Source: Amoebidium appalachense (Eukaryota; Protista; Ichthyosporea). Taken from it: DNA of 64,000 bases. Position numbers and translations under genes: made by a program. The notes beneath the pieces were generated by a model. It worked only from the letters and a program-made list of their open reading frames with translations, had not been told where the DNA came from and did not search any database. Location of the stretch: NCBI GenBank assembly GCA_963693365.1, contig CAVNZM010000008.1, forward strand, positions 2,633,572 through 2,697,571, written 5' to 3'. Positions 11,890 to 25,840 of the stretch are shown here, piece by piece. Within the stretch, counting starts at the first letter, position 1, and every line of letters starts with the position of its first letter.

Positions 11890-13159
11890 TTACGTAGCAG
11901 TGTTAGCCTTCCGAAACCCCAACGAACTCGAGCCGCATGAACCCCCCTCCTCCTGTTCTTCCTTAATATTTTCACCAAACTTTAAACTCATTCTTAGCAG
12001 TGAAAATCGATCTTTCCTAGCTAGTTGCGGGCTTGATGGGGGACTTTCCATGGAACATTTCTCTCTATCACTCGATTCACCGTCGCCATGTGGTAATGCC
12101 GGGACGGTTATGACTCTGGACCGTGACCGATTAAGCATTCCTAGCGGAGATCGCGGTGACGTAGGAATGTGTTGAGGAATGTGCTGAGGAATTTGCTCTC
12201 GGGAGGATGATGGGCTTGTGAGTGGGGATGTGTTTTTGTGCGGAGTCGGGTGTGTATCTGCACCCTCTGCCCCACAGTGAGGAATGTCATCTGGCGGTGT
12301 GGGTGGTGGTGCTGGTATGTGAAAACTGAATCTGTGGGTGTATTCTTGGGGTTTCGCCTCCGTCGTACTATTGCTAGTAATTTCTGTTTCCATTTGGGGT
12401 TTTGCTTCCGTTGTCGGTTGGGTATTCTCTTCTGATTTCATTTCTGTTTTCGACTCTGGTGGTGTTAGTTCGCTCCTACCTTCTAGTTGTTGCGTCTGAC
12501 TAGACTTTCTCTGTTTTTCAATCTCCGGGTTATCCCCAATCGGCCTCGATCCACCAAACGATTCGCATCTTTCCTTCCGATCCTGTGCCTGGCTCTCTTT
12601 CCTCAGCTTCACCACCACCACCTCTCTTGCCTTATTTAGCGCCTGGGCTGGCATAGAACACGTACGCTGAAGTCTTCCTCGTGTAGGGGGTGAAGATGAG
12701 GTGGGTATTCCGTGTGTTTGAGCGAGATCAGGACTGCTAATATTGTGGTTGTGGTGGTGATTCACAGGGGTGGAAGGTCCATGTGCGATTTTGTCGGAAA
12801 GGGTAGACATTGCTTTTTCGAGACTACCAACGTCGATCTGGCGCAGTTTTCCGTACAAAATCTCCTCCTTGTGATCGATTATGAATGTTAGCGTTTCTGG
12901 TTGCGCAACCGTGCAGCCTATGCATAGGCCCAAATTGACTGAAGTCATAAGGTTGACATCTGCGTGCGATGCGATTTCGGTGCATAGTTCCACAACTTCG
13001 ATTAGGGTTGCCCGATTAGCTGCCGGAAGAAGCTTCATCAACACCTGGATCTGTGGGCGAATTACTTCATTAGGGGGGAAAAAAAAAAAAAAAAAAGGGG
13101 GGGGCTATTTCGAGGGCAGTTTTGAGACAGAGCGAGTGTGATGTGGTGAATTGGCTGAA

Positions 13160-13195
<36 letters not shown>

Positions 13196-13507
13196 ACCCC
13201 ACCCACCCACCACACCCACCCACCCACCCACCCTTTCCCTTCCCAGATTTCACCTCAGCTCTCCAACTCCCCATCTCTTCTGTTTATAACCCTGCTATCC
13301 CCTGCTGCCCCCCCTTCCCCCCCCCCCCCCTCACCCCCCCTCCCCTTACACACACACACCGTCACACACACGAACACAACCCCCACCACCACCAACAAAC
13401 ACACAGACACACGTGTGTGTGTGCGCGTACAAACACACAGACACACACACAGACACGCACACATACAAGGATGCAAGACGCACGCACGCACGTACGAACG
13501 AACGCGT

Positions 13508-13543
<36 letters not shown>

Positions 13544-13884
13544 GCCACCCCCCCCCCGATGTATAGCATCCTCTGCATGCATGTACAGACTTTATTAGAA
13601 GTTCTGCCTTTTTCCTTTTTCTTTCTTTCTTCCCGGTAGCCGCCCGGGAAGGGAGAGGGGGGGGAAGAAGGGGAAGGGGGGGGGGGGTGGGGGGGGGGGT
13701 GGGGGGTGGTGGTGGGGGGGGGGGGGGGGTGGAGCTGCCCAGTGGGTCATTTGTGTACTAACTGAGATTGTGTGCACAAAGGCAAATGCACACAGTGTGA
13801 TACGCCACATGTAGTGTGAATTTGCCTGAAAGAGGGTGAGGTTGAGGGAGGGATAGAGGGAGGGAGGAGGGGCAGGGAGAGAGG

Positions 13885-13962
<78 letters not shown>

Positions 13963-14322
13963 CTGTGTGTGTGTGTGTGTGTGTGTGTATGTCTGTGTGT
14001 GTGCACGTGTGTGTGCGGGTGTGCAGGTGCACATGTGTGTGAGTGTGTGTGGCACGTACGGACGTGTGTGTGTGCGTGTTCGTATGTGTTTTTATGTCAA
14101 GGTTTGGCGTGTAAATATGAGTGTGAGGGTAAAAATCTTGTGCGAAAGCCTTCCCGGCGCACATGTGTATTCCCTCACCTCCCATTGGTCGTTGTGTTGG
14201 CATAGATGCACGTAGGTGCAGTTCAGGTACAGGTTCCGTACCAGGCAAGTTGTGCAGAGTCTTCTTTTTTTTGTGTGTGTGTGTGTGTGTGCGCATGCGT
14301 GCGTGCGTGTGTGCGTGCGTGC

Positions 14323-14397
<75 letters not shown>

Positions 14398-14772
14398 ACG
14401 TGTTTGTACGCATGTGTTTATGACAGTGTGCACATTTGCAAATACGGTGTGAGCATGTGCGTGCATGTCTTTGTGAGTGGTCGTGTACGCGGGCTGTGTG
14501 CAAGAGCATGCACAAATGTCTGCACAGCTGTTGCCTTTTGTGTTTGTGTGTCAGAGGTAATAATGAGCATATGTGCAGGGAGTGCAGATGTGTGTGCACT
14601 ACCAAGGAAATCAGTGTCGTGGTTTTGACGTGCTTGTGTGTGCCTGCGTCACGCATGCTACGATGGTAAGTCACTATGATGTGTCGGCGCAGGTGCGTGT
14701 GTGCGTGTGTGTGTGTCTGTGTATGCCTGTGTGTACGCGTGTGTGTGTACGTATATGTGTGTATGTGCGTTC

Positions 14773-14806
<34 letters not shown>

Positions 14807-14870
14807 GTGTGTGCGTGTGTGTGTGAGTGTGCCTGTGTGTGCGCGTGCGTCACGGTGTTAATGTGCGCTC

Positions 14871-14930
<60 letters not shown>

Positions 14931-16470
14931 GTGTGTCTGTGTATGTTTAGGTGTGTATGCTGTGTGTGTGTATGCTGCGTGCAACTATGTATGTGTATGT
15001 GTGTGTGTATGTGTGTTTGTGCTCTTTGCAATAATGAATCGCCGTGACATGTTCAAACAGCTCAGATCTTTCTATTGGTAGCAACGTTAGTGGCGGTATT
15101 ATATGCAAGTGAACCTCGCGCCCCACCCACCTGTCGAAGAAGTGTAACATGTGTCTCCGTGTCCTCCGCATTTGCCGTTTGCGCTGTATTATAATCACCA
15201 ATAGCTTTAGCGTAAACCGGTATAAGCCGCGCAGTAAGGAGCGGTTCCGGTAGCCCCCTCAGGTATTTAATCATGGTGCTGGCCACGTCATGTGGCTGCT
15301 GCATGGGCTCACCCTGCTCGTTTTCTAGAAGGTACCAGGCTTTTTTCTCGGCCTCCTCGAATGTTTCCTGTGTGAAATTTAGGTCAGAATGACCCCCTGC
15401 GGATACTTTGAGCCGGTTATACCCTTTTGTGCGTTTAAGAACCTCCACTTCAAGCCCCCCGCTCCCTCCCCTCCCCCCTCCCTCCCCCCCCCCCCCTCCC
15501 CCCCCGCCCCCTGTCACCACTCTCCGATGCATCATGATGATACTGTAGCCCGAAGCAAGGGCACAAAAGGACGACCCTTTTCCAACGGTTGAAACAACGG
15601 CCCTCTGTGACACTCTGTAAGAGCCAGAAAACAAAAAGACGGCCTTGTTCTCGTAGTATATAAATTGACGTAACACGTGGCAATGTTCTGCTGTTCTGTG
15701 GACTATATAGTGCATACATATGTGACATAGTCTGGGCGTACCGCTGATAGGTCACAGTACTAGTGTCACAGGGCATAGGCTGATCAGACTGCACAGGCAA
15801 ATAACTAGTGTGTGTGCTGTGTGTGCGTGTGTGTGCACGTGTGCACCCAGGTATGGGTAGTATCATTATACTGTGCGTTACACCTTCATAATGTATTTTA
15901 CCTTTGCATAGCAGTTGCTCATTTCTGAAAGCAGCTCTTTTGACTTGCGCACACTGCCAGGTTTGCGGAATATCCCCTCTACAAGCAGACCTTGCTTCAT
16001 CAGAAACCGCTTGCACAGGCGCACAGGCGCAGGCACGAGCCCCTTGGGATCACTCTTTACGGCCGCCTGAGGCAAAGAGAGAAGTGTGGAATGGAAAGGG
16101 TTTGGGGGTGGGTTTAAAAAGGGGAGGGAGAGAGGGGGGGAGAAGGGGAGGTAACTGTTTAAATACTCAAGTATGAGAACACTGCCTGAGATTTAGACTA
16201 CACTGTCTAAATCCGTCAGTGAATGAGTCCCCGTTAACTCAGTGTGCCAGGTACTATCTTAATGCAATTGCACGGGGGAAAGCGCTTGACAACTATCAGC
16301 CCAAACGAAACAGCGTTGAAAAATTCTCATGCTGCACAATAAACAAAAGATACAGATATAAAAATCTGTGTTCGCTTCAGTCATTGGAACGGGCTTACCT
16401 CAATAAGCGAAAGGCCAACCAGCCCATCAACCTCGACTTGGGCTCGCACGGGCAGACCCAGCTGGGTCAT
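11890..16470 (-). CDS. Rho GTPase-activating protein (RhoGAP domain plus long disordered C-terminus), spliced
   Basis: Exons 16470-16399, 16066-15902 ([27 protein letters not shown], arginine finger), ~15395-15131 ([21 protein letters not shown]), 13050-11890 ([10 protein letters not shown]...[14 protein letters not shown]); the join near 15400-15620 is unresolved. Confidence 0.9.
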
Positions 16471-17042
16471 CTGCACCAACTGCGAAACGCTAACCTCCCC
16501 CATTTTCGCAGTGGCCTTAAGGCCGCCACGTTAAGTTGCTGTGTATTGTTTTCTACTACTCAGTGAACACACATACTACAGCTTCAGTCTAAGTCCTACA
16601 TGGAATCTCAGCCTGGGCTTTTGTGTGTTCCTATGAGCAACAGACGTAAGAACAAAAATAACTAAGCATGCGTCAGGCGGATCTAAGCATGAAATATCCA
16701 CCAATGTCTGCGGATAAGATAAACCACGAAGTGTTGATTCTTTCGTGCTTTTGTCACTGTTAGAAAGGGATCCACGTAGCTCTGTTATTCAACTAACTGC
16801 TGTTTTGGGCAAACGCCATGGATGGGAACTGAATGTCAGATCCTGATGGGCAACATGTCCCAACGTCCTGTTCCTAAGCCTATGATTCTCTTTTGATATT
16901 TCTAAAATATTTTCCACACTACCACATAATTTCTACAACATTAACTATAAGATCTACTCATCTTACGACATCATTTCGTGCAAACAGTCGTCATAACGGC
17001 CGCTCTTTCCCTCGAAACTGGTCATGTGACTGAGCTGCCGGT

Positions 17043-17799
17043 TAGGCCCTTGCAAAAATATCCCGAATATCTTTTGATATTCAGGGGCCAATTTGATACT
17101 TGATATATCTCGTGATATTCAGGGGCATGTCAAGATATATGAAATGTTTTTTGTTGAATTCTGTTGGTCGTCACATTGAGTATTTATATGATTTTCACAC
17201 AGTGTTCAGGTATCTCAGTATGCACTTGTTACTGGATAACTCGTGAAGTTTTTTTATTGTCTTCTCAGTATGCCGTGCATACTTGCATATCTTTCCGTCG
17301 AATAAATCCAGTCAAAAGAAAAAAATATTCTAACGTATTAGAACCGGAGGTTATTGGCGGTTTTCTTCTCTTTTCTTCCTCTCTTCCTCAATATATCCGT
17401 TTTAAGATGACTATCCTAGATCACCTTATTAATGCTGCACAGTATGATATTGTGATCCGGTGTTAACTTTCTTTCGGAGCTACCGATGCTAGCCTTTGCT
17501 TACCCATAATATGTAATAGGGGTGTCATATACTACGATGGCGCAATTGTTGCCTAGCATGTACATATGTCACTGGCTGCATTTGATTGGCTGTGCTGGAA
17601 AACGCAGTAGGCCGTTGAATGTGGCTGGGCCTTCGGCAGTGTCCACGCAATAAAAAGTGTGTATACGTAAACCCCAATATTCAGGGGCTTTTGGCGGGAT
17701 ACTTTTGTGATATTAAGGGCAACATTCGATATTTTCGTGATATATCCCGAATGATATTCAGGGCAAAAACCGGGATATGTTTGCAAGGCCTAGGGCCTA
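17043..17799. mobile_element. Non-autonomous hAT-type DNA transposon (MITE), 757 bp
   Basis: Exact 8-bp TSD CTGCCGGT at 17035-17042 and 17800-17807; termini TAGGCCCT/AGGGCCTA with extended imperfect TIR (CTTGCAAA.ATATCCCG); repeated subterminal GATATTCAGGG motifs at both ends; no transposase ORF. Confidence 0.88.
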
Positions 17800-19934
17800 C
17801 TGCCGGTGCTGCCAAACAGCCCATTGGCCCAAGCCCCGAGCACCAGCAATTGGACAGCATTAGCCAATCATAAGCGACTGGTTTAGAATTGGGTACGTTT
17901 TACACCAATAAAAAGCGAGCCCCGGTGCGAGCAATTTGGTTCGAAATCCTCGTTTGACGCTATCTTCATTAGCATCCTTGTGTCTTGAAGTTCGCGAAGA
18001 GGGGCAGCAAGCAAGTAGAAGGGAGGGGGGGGGGAATGGGATCCGGATAATGTTAAAATTGCAGTCATGTGCATGTACATGTGTGTTGAAGTGTGTGACG
18101 GAGTGAATGTGTTGAGCGAATTGTACATGCGTGTGTTGTGTGTCTGTATGTGTGTGTGTGGGGGGGGGGGGGGGGGGGGGGGGGGGGGAGGGGGGGGGGG
18201 GAGGGAATAGAATCCGGACAGTGTGATGATGGATAGCTGGGGCAGGAGCCTCCTAGGGAGGACAGGAGGATACTACGGCATGCTGCAGCTGGACAGCGTG
18301 CATGTTGCCGTGCATCCCCCCCCCCCCTCCCGCCCCCCCCCCCCTCCCCTCCTCCCTCCCCCTTTCCCCCCGCCCCCTGCCCCCGCCTCCCGCCTCCCCC
18401 AGGGCTCTCTCGGCCCCAGCAATGTATACAACAAAGAACTTTTTCGGAAACGCCGTTGAAAAAAGTAAAGGGAGGGGGAAAAAAAAAAAGAAAAAAAAAA
18501 AAAAAAGAGGAGGAAAAATAAGATCAGTATAGACCCAAGTCCAAATACGTCGTCTGCTTGCATGTATGCAATATTGATTGTGCGGCACTGGTGGCCGATA
18601 GATCCTAGACTTCCACTGAGGTGTAGAGAAAACGTTTACCCCATATGGCGAGGCTGCGCCTTGCTGGGCAAACGTGATAAAATAATAATAAAAATAAAAA
18701 AAGGAAAAATAAAAAACTTAGTGGTCGCAATGAAATCATTTACCTTTCAAGACCAAAAAGAATCATAATCCCCTCCCTTCATGGCCACCCACCCCACCCT
18801 CCTCTTTCTCCTCCTTGCGCATGATAGTTGTGTGCCTCCTCCCACTTGTCTTTGTGAGATCACCTTGGCTACGAAGGTGTTCAATGGAGGAGAAGGCGGG
18901 GAAGGGAGGGGGAACTTCGGAGGGGGAGGGGGGGGGGGGGGGGGGACGGGACGGGAGGGGGAGGTTGGAAGGGGGGAGAGGGGAGGGGGGGAGGCCCTGG
19001 GGGAGGACTCTGTTAAACATCAGGGCCTGTGCAGTATTTCACTTGTCAATTCGCCATTCCTTTTTTGGTTGTCACTCTCCATGGTGATTTATGTGTACTG
19101 TGTACCCGTACGGTACCAACTTAGTAAAAGCTGTAACCGACGGGTTTCAAAGGAAGTTGTACTGAGAATATGGATTGAATAGACTCTGACTTGAACGCAG
19201 GATATATACGTGCCTATGGAGGGCGCTACATGTATGCAGGGGAAAAAAGCGAAACCCTGTGTTTGGGAACCATATTATTATGCATGGTAATGATGGGCCG
19301 TCTTGGCATTACACTGCCATCTTACTGTTTAACTTTGTCGTCCTCCTTAATTTTAAATGGAGGGAGAAAGCAATAGCCTACCGCATATTAGTGCGCACTT
19401 ATGCTTGGCCCAACAACAAACATAAAGGTTGCTGTACCGTGCTACAGTGAAAGTAGGAGAAATCAAGGGAGGGAAAATGCACAACAACAGTATGAGAGGA
19501 GAAAAACCGGTTAAATCTTCACCGATAAGGGGATCAAGAACATTCTGGGTGCAGACCCAAGCAAACAATCGTCTATCTGTAGAGTTGACCCAGTGCCATT
19601 CGTATCAAAATAACCGGCACGAACTGAGTAGCTATTGACGATATTTGATTCGAGTGGCATTAAATCAACATCCACTACACACACTGTAAACGTTATTTAT
19701 CTGCACGTACTGTGTTAAGGTGTGGGCACCACCATGCCATCAGTTCAAGTTCTGCCGTAAGTTTATGTTCCTTGAGAAGCAGTTTAGTAACTTACTGCAC
19801 TAGCACTTTTACAAACCATCAGCCTTTTTTGGCTACACAACTTGAAGGTCACAGTGTTTGTAACTACAGAAACATCTCAAGTAGCAACCCATTTAACTAC
19901 TCAGTCAAGTTAATAAGCTATGCACACATGGGTG

Positions 19935-20387
19935 CTACACAGATATTCCCTCGGCGTCCGTTTCAGCAAACTCCGAGTCCGGCAGCAGCTCGAGTTTTGG
20001 CCCAGCACGTTCTATGGCTTGCATCTTCTGCGTCTCCTGTGGCAGTGAGCACAGTATAATTAACTGAAGAAAATGTTTGTTACCCGTGCCTTACACACAT
20101 TATTTTACATTGTTCCTTATGCATATTATGTTATCAATGATAGTTCCTTACTGATACAGTGATAGAGTTCCTTCAGCACATTGTATTTTGCAGTTGCTCC
20201 ACAACGGATGTCACAGTGAATATGATGTACTACATTTGTGTATGTTCCTTTTCGGTGCTAAAAATCCAACGGAGGATTGCACAGGTTATGTAGTCGTTCC
20301 CTGAAATGTCAATACGAAACAACCGGAAAGCTGATGTCTGATGATTTGGAGAAGCATTAACTCAGAAATTTGTTTCATAGGCCGATT

Positions 20388-20418
<31 letters not shown>

Positions 20419-20585
20419 TAGTTATCCATTCGCCCGACAAATCCCAGAGCTTGCCGGAGAACATAGACATCGAATGCTTGCTAAAAGGAATCCCCAGCTA
20501 TTCCAAAATACCAGGTTGCCATGTATTCCAAAGCGAAGAGGAGGCACTTTTCTTTTTTCTTTCTTTCTTTCTTTTTTTTTTCTTT

Positions 20586-20636
<51 letters not shown>

Positions 20637-21326
20637 GGGGGGAGGGGGGAAGGGAGTGATTAAGGGGTTCAGTGGAAGCGGAGGAAGAGGAGAGATTGTG
20701 TATCGGTTGTGTGTGAGATTTTGCAAGTGGGAAGGTGAGAGAGACAGAGAGAGAAAGTGAGTGTGTATGAAATGTGGGTGCGTTGGGAAAGAGGTGGGGC
20801 AAAGCAGGGGGTGTAAAGGGAGGTAGGAACGGGGGGAGGGGGGTGGGGGTAGAGGAAGGTAGCAAGTGTTGGGGAGGAGGGAAAGGGGGGGGGAGGGAGA
20901 GGGGAAGGGGAGGGGGAGGATATGGGGCCCACCTTTCTGATTCTCTCCAGCATTGGGCTGCGCATTGCCTGGCTGGCCTTGGCTATGCGGGCAGACTCGG
21001 GGGACATCTTATGCTTGGACCGGGAGGATAAGGTGTCGAAGGTGTGGAAGGCTGCATTAATGGCTGTGTGCACGTGTAAGTGTGCATGTGAGGAGCAGGG
21101 GAGGTGTTTGGGGAGGCAGGAGACGTGTGGATATGGAGAACGGGAGGGGGTGCAAGGGGGGGAGGGGGGAGGGAGGGGAGAGGGGGGGTGGAAGTGTAAA
21201 TGGGTAAGTTGCGCGCAGATAAATCTTAAGTATAGGGCTGTTGTTAAGGGAGGAGTCGGTAGGGGAATGAGAAAGGGCGTCACGGTGCTATGGCTATGTC
21301 ATGTGTATCTGAGAGAGAGAGGGGGT

Positions 21327-21380
<54 letters not shown>

Positions 21381-21939
21381 AGGAAGGGAGGCGGGGCGGG
21401 GAAGGAGAATGGTGGGTGGGTGGGTGGGTGGGGAGGTGAAGGGGGGGATGGCGGAGGGCACAGAGAGAAGGTAGACTACGTTTCTGGTATTTACCAAGAA
21501 GCCAGGAGCAAGCAAGGTGCTTGGGCTGGAAAAGGGGGAGGGTTCTAATTGGCGGTTGTGTGGGCAGCGGTGCCTATGGGATTTGGTCTGATAATACTGA
21601 GCGGTAGAAATGGGTTTTTAGGGGAATTAGCAGAGCGAGGGCAGAGGCGGCAGGGAATTCGGGGGTTCGTGATATAGGGGGCAGGAGGGGACGGGGGCGG
21701 CAGGGAGCGGGAGAAGGGAGGGGGGGGAGAGGGGGTGGAAGGGGGGGGGGGGGGGGGGGGGGAGATATTCAATACCATCATCAAGACTGGTTGGAGACTC
21801 GAGGGAGGGCTCTGATGTGGGCCAAGAGGTCTGGCCGGAGAGGAGGGTAAAAGGGGCGGCATGGGGCATGGACCGCGTGTTGGACAGAGGCGTCTTGTCC
21901 GTGAGAAAACTGCTGCCGGGTGCCGGTTGTGCTGTGGGT

Positions 21940-21972
<33 letters not shown>

Positions 21973-22067
21973 GGAGAGAGAGAGAGAAGGGGGGGAGGGG
22001 GAGGGGAGGGGGGTTGGTTGGTTTTATCTTCAGCATTGAGAGGGAGTGTGTGTGTGTGTGTGTGTTT

Positions 22068-22106
<39 letters not shown>

Positions 22107-22476
22107 AAGGGGGATATACAAGTTGGTGATTTATCGGTATTATTGGGGAAGGTGGAGGGGGGGTGCTGTTGGGGGTAGGGGGAGGGGGATGGGAACAGGC
22201 AAAGGGTTCAGGGGGGAGATAGAGAATGCGAGGGGTGGGGTTGGGGTGGGGTCGGGGAGAGGAGGGGGGGGGGGGGGGAGGGGGGGGGAAGGAGGGAGAG
22301 GTTAGGCTGGAAATTTCAAGAATTCGCCAGAGATGGTGTAATTGTTACCCGGAGAGGGGAATGAAGTAGGGGGGAAGAGTGGTGGAGGAGGAGGCGGGGA
22401 GCATACCACTTAGCCAACATGTCCATCATGTGTGAATCGTGTAAATGATGCAGTACAGTAGACATTCACCTGTTTC

Positions 22477-22510
<34 letters not shown>

Positions 22511-23030
22511 ATCCCCCCCCCCCCCCCCCCCCCCCCCCAAGGCCCGCGTCCCCTCTCAACCAAACACTCACACACCACAGACACCCACTAAAGGCACATT
22601 CAAGAAACAAAAAAAATCCCCCCCCCCCCCCCCCCCCCTCTCTCTCCCCCCCCTCCCCCCCCCCCCCCCCCTTCTCCCCATCCACCTCCTGTCCACCCGA
22701 TTGGGTAACAAAAAATCGCCTGCACATTTGTGGTCCGACTGGCTAAGCAAGTCGCCATAATTCTCTATCCTTTCTCATCTAGGCTAGATTGCGGGGAAGG
22801 GGGTTTTCCCTTTCATATCCTCTTTTCGGAAATTAATCCCCGGAATCCATTCAAATCCCTACCTGGTGATAGTAAATCTCTGCTCCTTGGGCTTGTTCTC
22901 TCCTTCACCACTAGAGTCTCCTTGTGTGCAGGTGGGGGTCTAACGGGGGGAAGATTGAAACTGGCCATAGCAGACTTGCGATACTCAAGAGGCAGCTTAG
23001 TGGAGCCAAGGAAGGTGGTACTGCCCGTGG

Positions 23031-23090
<60 letters not shown>

Positions 23091-23097
23091 GTGTGTG

Positions 23098-23153
<56 letters not shown>

Positions 23154-23350
23154 ATGTGTTTATGTGTGTGTGTGGTGTCAGTTCTTCCAAACGAGTTATC
23201 GGATTGGTTCGCGTAAGCTATTTGGCCCGGGGGCAACGTCTTACGTGATGTGCAAGGGAAGGGAGGGAGTGAAGGGGGGCAAGGGATGGAGGGGAGAGAG
23301 AGGGAGAGAGAGGGAGAGATAGAGAGAGATAGACAGAGAGGGGGGGGGGG

Positions 23351-23426
<76 letters not shown>

Positions 23427-24059
23427 GGGAAGGGGAAGGGGGATGAGAGGTGGACGGAAGATAGTTGGGTGAAAGTGCATCATAGACCATAATAGAATTA
23501 AAACCTGTCAATCACAGTCTTCCCCCCTCATTCCCCCCCTTTCCTCCCTCCCCCCTCCCCCGCATCCCCACCCCATCCCCCGTCCCCTCCTTCCTCCCCC
23601 CCCCACTTCACCCTCCCTCTCCCTCTCGCCCCCCAACACCCCTCAGACACGCACAGCACAATCCACCACTACAGTGCTACCAGCCCCTCCGGATCCCCCT
23701 CCCCTCACCTCCTTCTCCCCCCTCCCCCCCTCCCCCCCCCCCCCCCCTCCCTTCCCCTGCGCCCCGTCTCCCCCTCCCTAACCTTGCAGTCCCCTCCCCC
23801 ATTTCTCGAACATATTTCCCTGCCGCAGGCGCTTACCTATTATGGTAGGGCCCATGACGGATGACTCGTTATCTCTTATGATCTCCATTGCAGAGTGCCG
23901 TTCCTCTACAGGGGAATATTGAACAAGGTAAAAAAATCGCCCTTCCCCCTCCCTCCCCCCTGCTACCCGTGCAAACAGTCTCCCTCATTCCGTATGTTAC
24001 TTTTTTCGCCGGGCTAGTTACTTCCAACACAGCACATATCAACTGTGATACTAAGCAAA

Positions 24060-24091
<32 letters not shown>

Positions 24092-24368
24092 TTCCCCTCC
24101 CCCCCCCCCCCCTTCCCCGGCCACACGCACACAAAAAAGAGAAAGGGGAAATCAACAGTAAAATAGAAGTCAAAAAAGTTTTTGCTTGCCCTGTACCCTC
24201 CCCAGGATCCCTTCTTTTGCATGCACGCGCGCACTGGTGCGTGTGTGAGTGTGCCCATGAACACAGATTTGAATGCATATGGGTGAGTGTATGTGTGTGT
24301 TTTCGAGTGTGTGTGTGTGTGCGCGCGCGCCTTTATTTCGAGTCATAGAATGTGAGTGTACCAAGGGG

Positions 24369-24415
<47 letters not shown>

Positions 24416-24953
24416 CATGGGGGGGAAGGGATGGAGGGGGGGGGGGGGGGATGGGGAGGTGTTCAATTCCTGTCCCAATATCATCCTCTTTTCCCCTTTG
24501 TCACGGCCTCCCCCTAAAAAAAAATCCAAACCCAATCACCTTAACCCATCCACATACTTCTCACTCGCCGCACCAGCTTAATGTATGCCGTACAGACGGC
24601 ACCGCACAGAATCAGTCCAAAAAAGGCAACCAACGCCAGCGCACCAGTGGTTGGCAAAACCCAACTTGGTAAGTCGGCAGTTGTTTGGACAGTTGCCGGG
24701 CTTGGTGCAGGAATGGGCGTATTTGGAGGTTGGAGGACGGATGGGGTGGTACTCTGTGTAGGTGTCAGTTCGTTTTAGTACACACATCCCATATCCAAGG
24801 ATTGATTTTTCAAGTCTCCCGCCACGAACCTTGCGTGTAGGAATGTATTAGGTTGGACATTAGAATGTTCTCTAGCTCCTTCCCTTCCACACCCCCCCCC
24901 CCCCCTCCCCCCTCCCCCCTCCCTCCCTTAGAGGCTCTCTCTCTCTTTCTCTC

Positions 24954-25039
<86 letters not shown>

Positions 25040-25570
25040 GCTCTCTCTCTCTCTCCTCTCTGGAGGGGGGGGGGAGGGGGGGGAGGTGGGGAGCCGTGAG
25101 ATTTGGGGAGAGGAGGAGGGGGAGGGAGGGAGGGGGGGGGGGGGGGGGGATGAGGGGGGAGAGGGCGGATCCTTAGGGCAGCCTGAAAGAGCTCTCGAGC
25201 TTGATAAGTAGCCTGAGATCTGTAATAGGAAAAGCTAGAAAAGAAGCCTTTGGGAGAACTACGAACTAATCAATCAAAGTTTTTGGTCACTTACGTCTAG
25301 ATCGACATAGGAGGAGAGTATTTCGGTGTGGGAGGGATAAGGGGTAAAGAAGAAAGAGAGCCTGAGCACGTGTGAGTGTGTGCACGGGGAGTGGGTGTGA
25401 TTTGCGTGTACACATTTCACAATGCTCACACTCGTTGGTTCTCTTCTTTTCTCTCTTCTTTCTTCTCTTTTTTATTTTTTGAGAGGGAGAAGGCGTTGGG
25501 GAAAGGAGGCGGGGTGGCGGTGGCGGTGGGGGGGTGGGGTGGGTGGGTGGGTGGTTGGGGTGTGTGCACT

Positions 25571-25626
<56 letters not shown>

Positions 25627-25840
25627 GGGGGGGGGGGAGGGCATGCATATAAGGGACGGAGCAGCTTGGACGGAGGTCAAATTTACCCACCGAATTCTCG
25701 GTAGACCTTGACTGCAGAGTCACAGCACTGCATGATGATGCACACAGTGCGAAGACAAGAACACCCAAGATGCTGGCAAAGACAGGATGCCGCTTTGCCC
25801 GGCGGGCAGAGTAGGCAACTGTTACAAACCAGCGCGCCAT
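19935..25840 (-). CDS. Probable multi-exon type I membrane protein of unknown function
   Basis: ATG 25840 with signal-like segment ([22 protein letters not shown]); Pro/Thr stalk and TM exon ~24755-24590 ([24 protein letters not shown]); many Ser/Pro-rich small exons (e.g. ~23020-22863, ~21065-20933); 3' end uncertain. Confidence 0.5.

Noticed and set aside
17940-18680. Possible small spliced plus-strand gene (MMDSWGRS...KELFRKRR)
   Set aside because: Exon-like islands exist but give only a ~45-aa peptide with no recognisable motif and an ambiguous frame.
24580-25180. Non-canonical GC or GA splice donors in the membrane-protein gene
   Set aside because: Exon limits there are unverified; the junctions I resolved in the conserved genes are all GT-AG.
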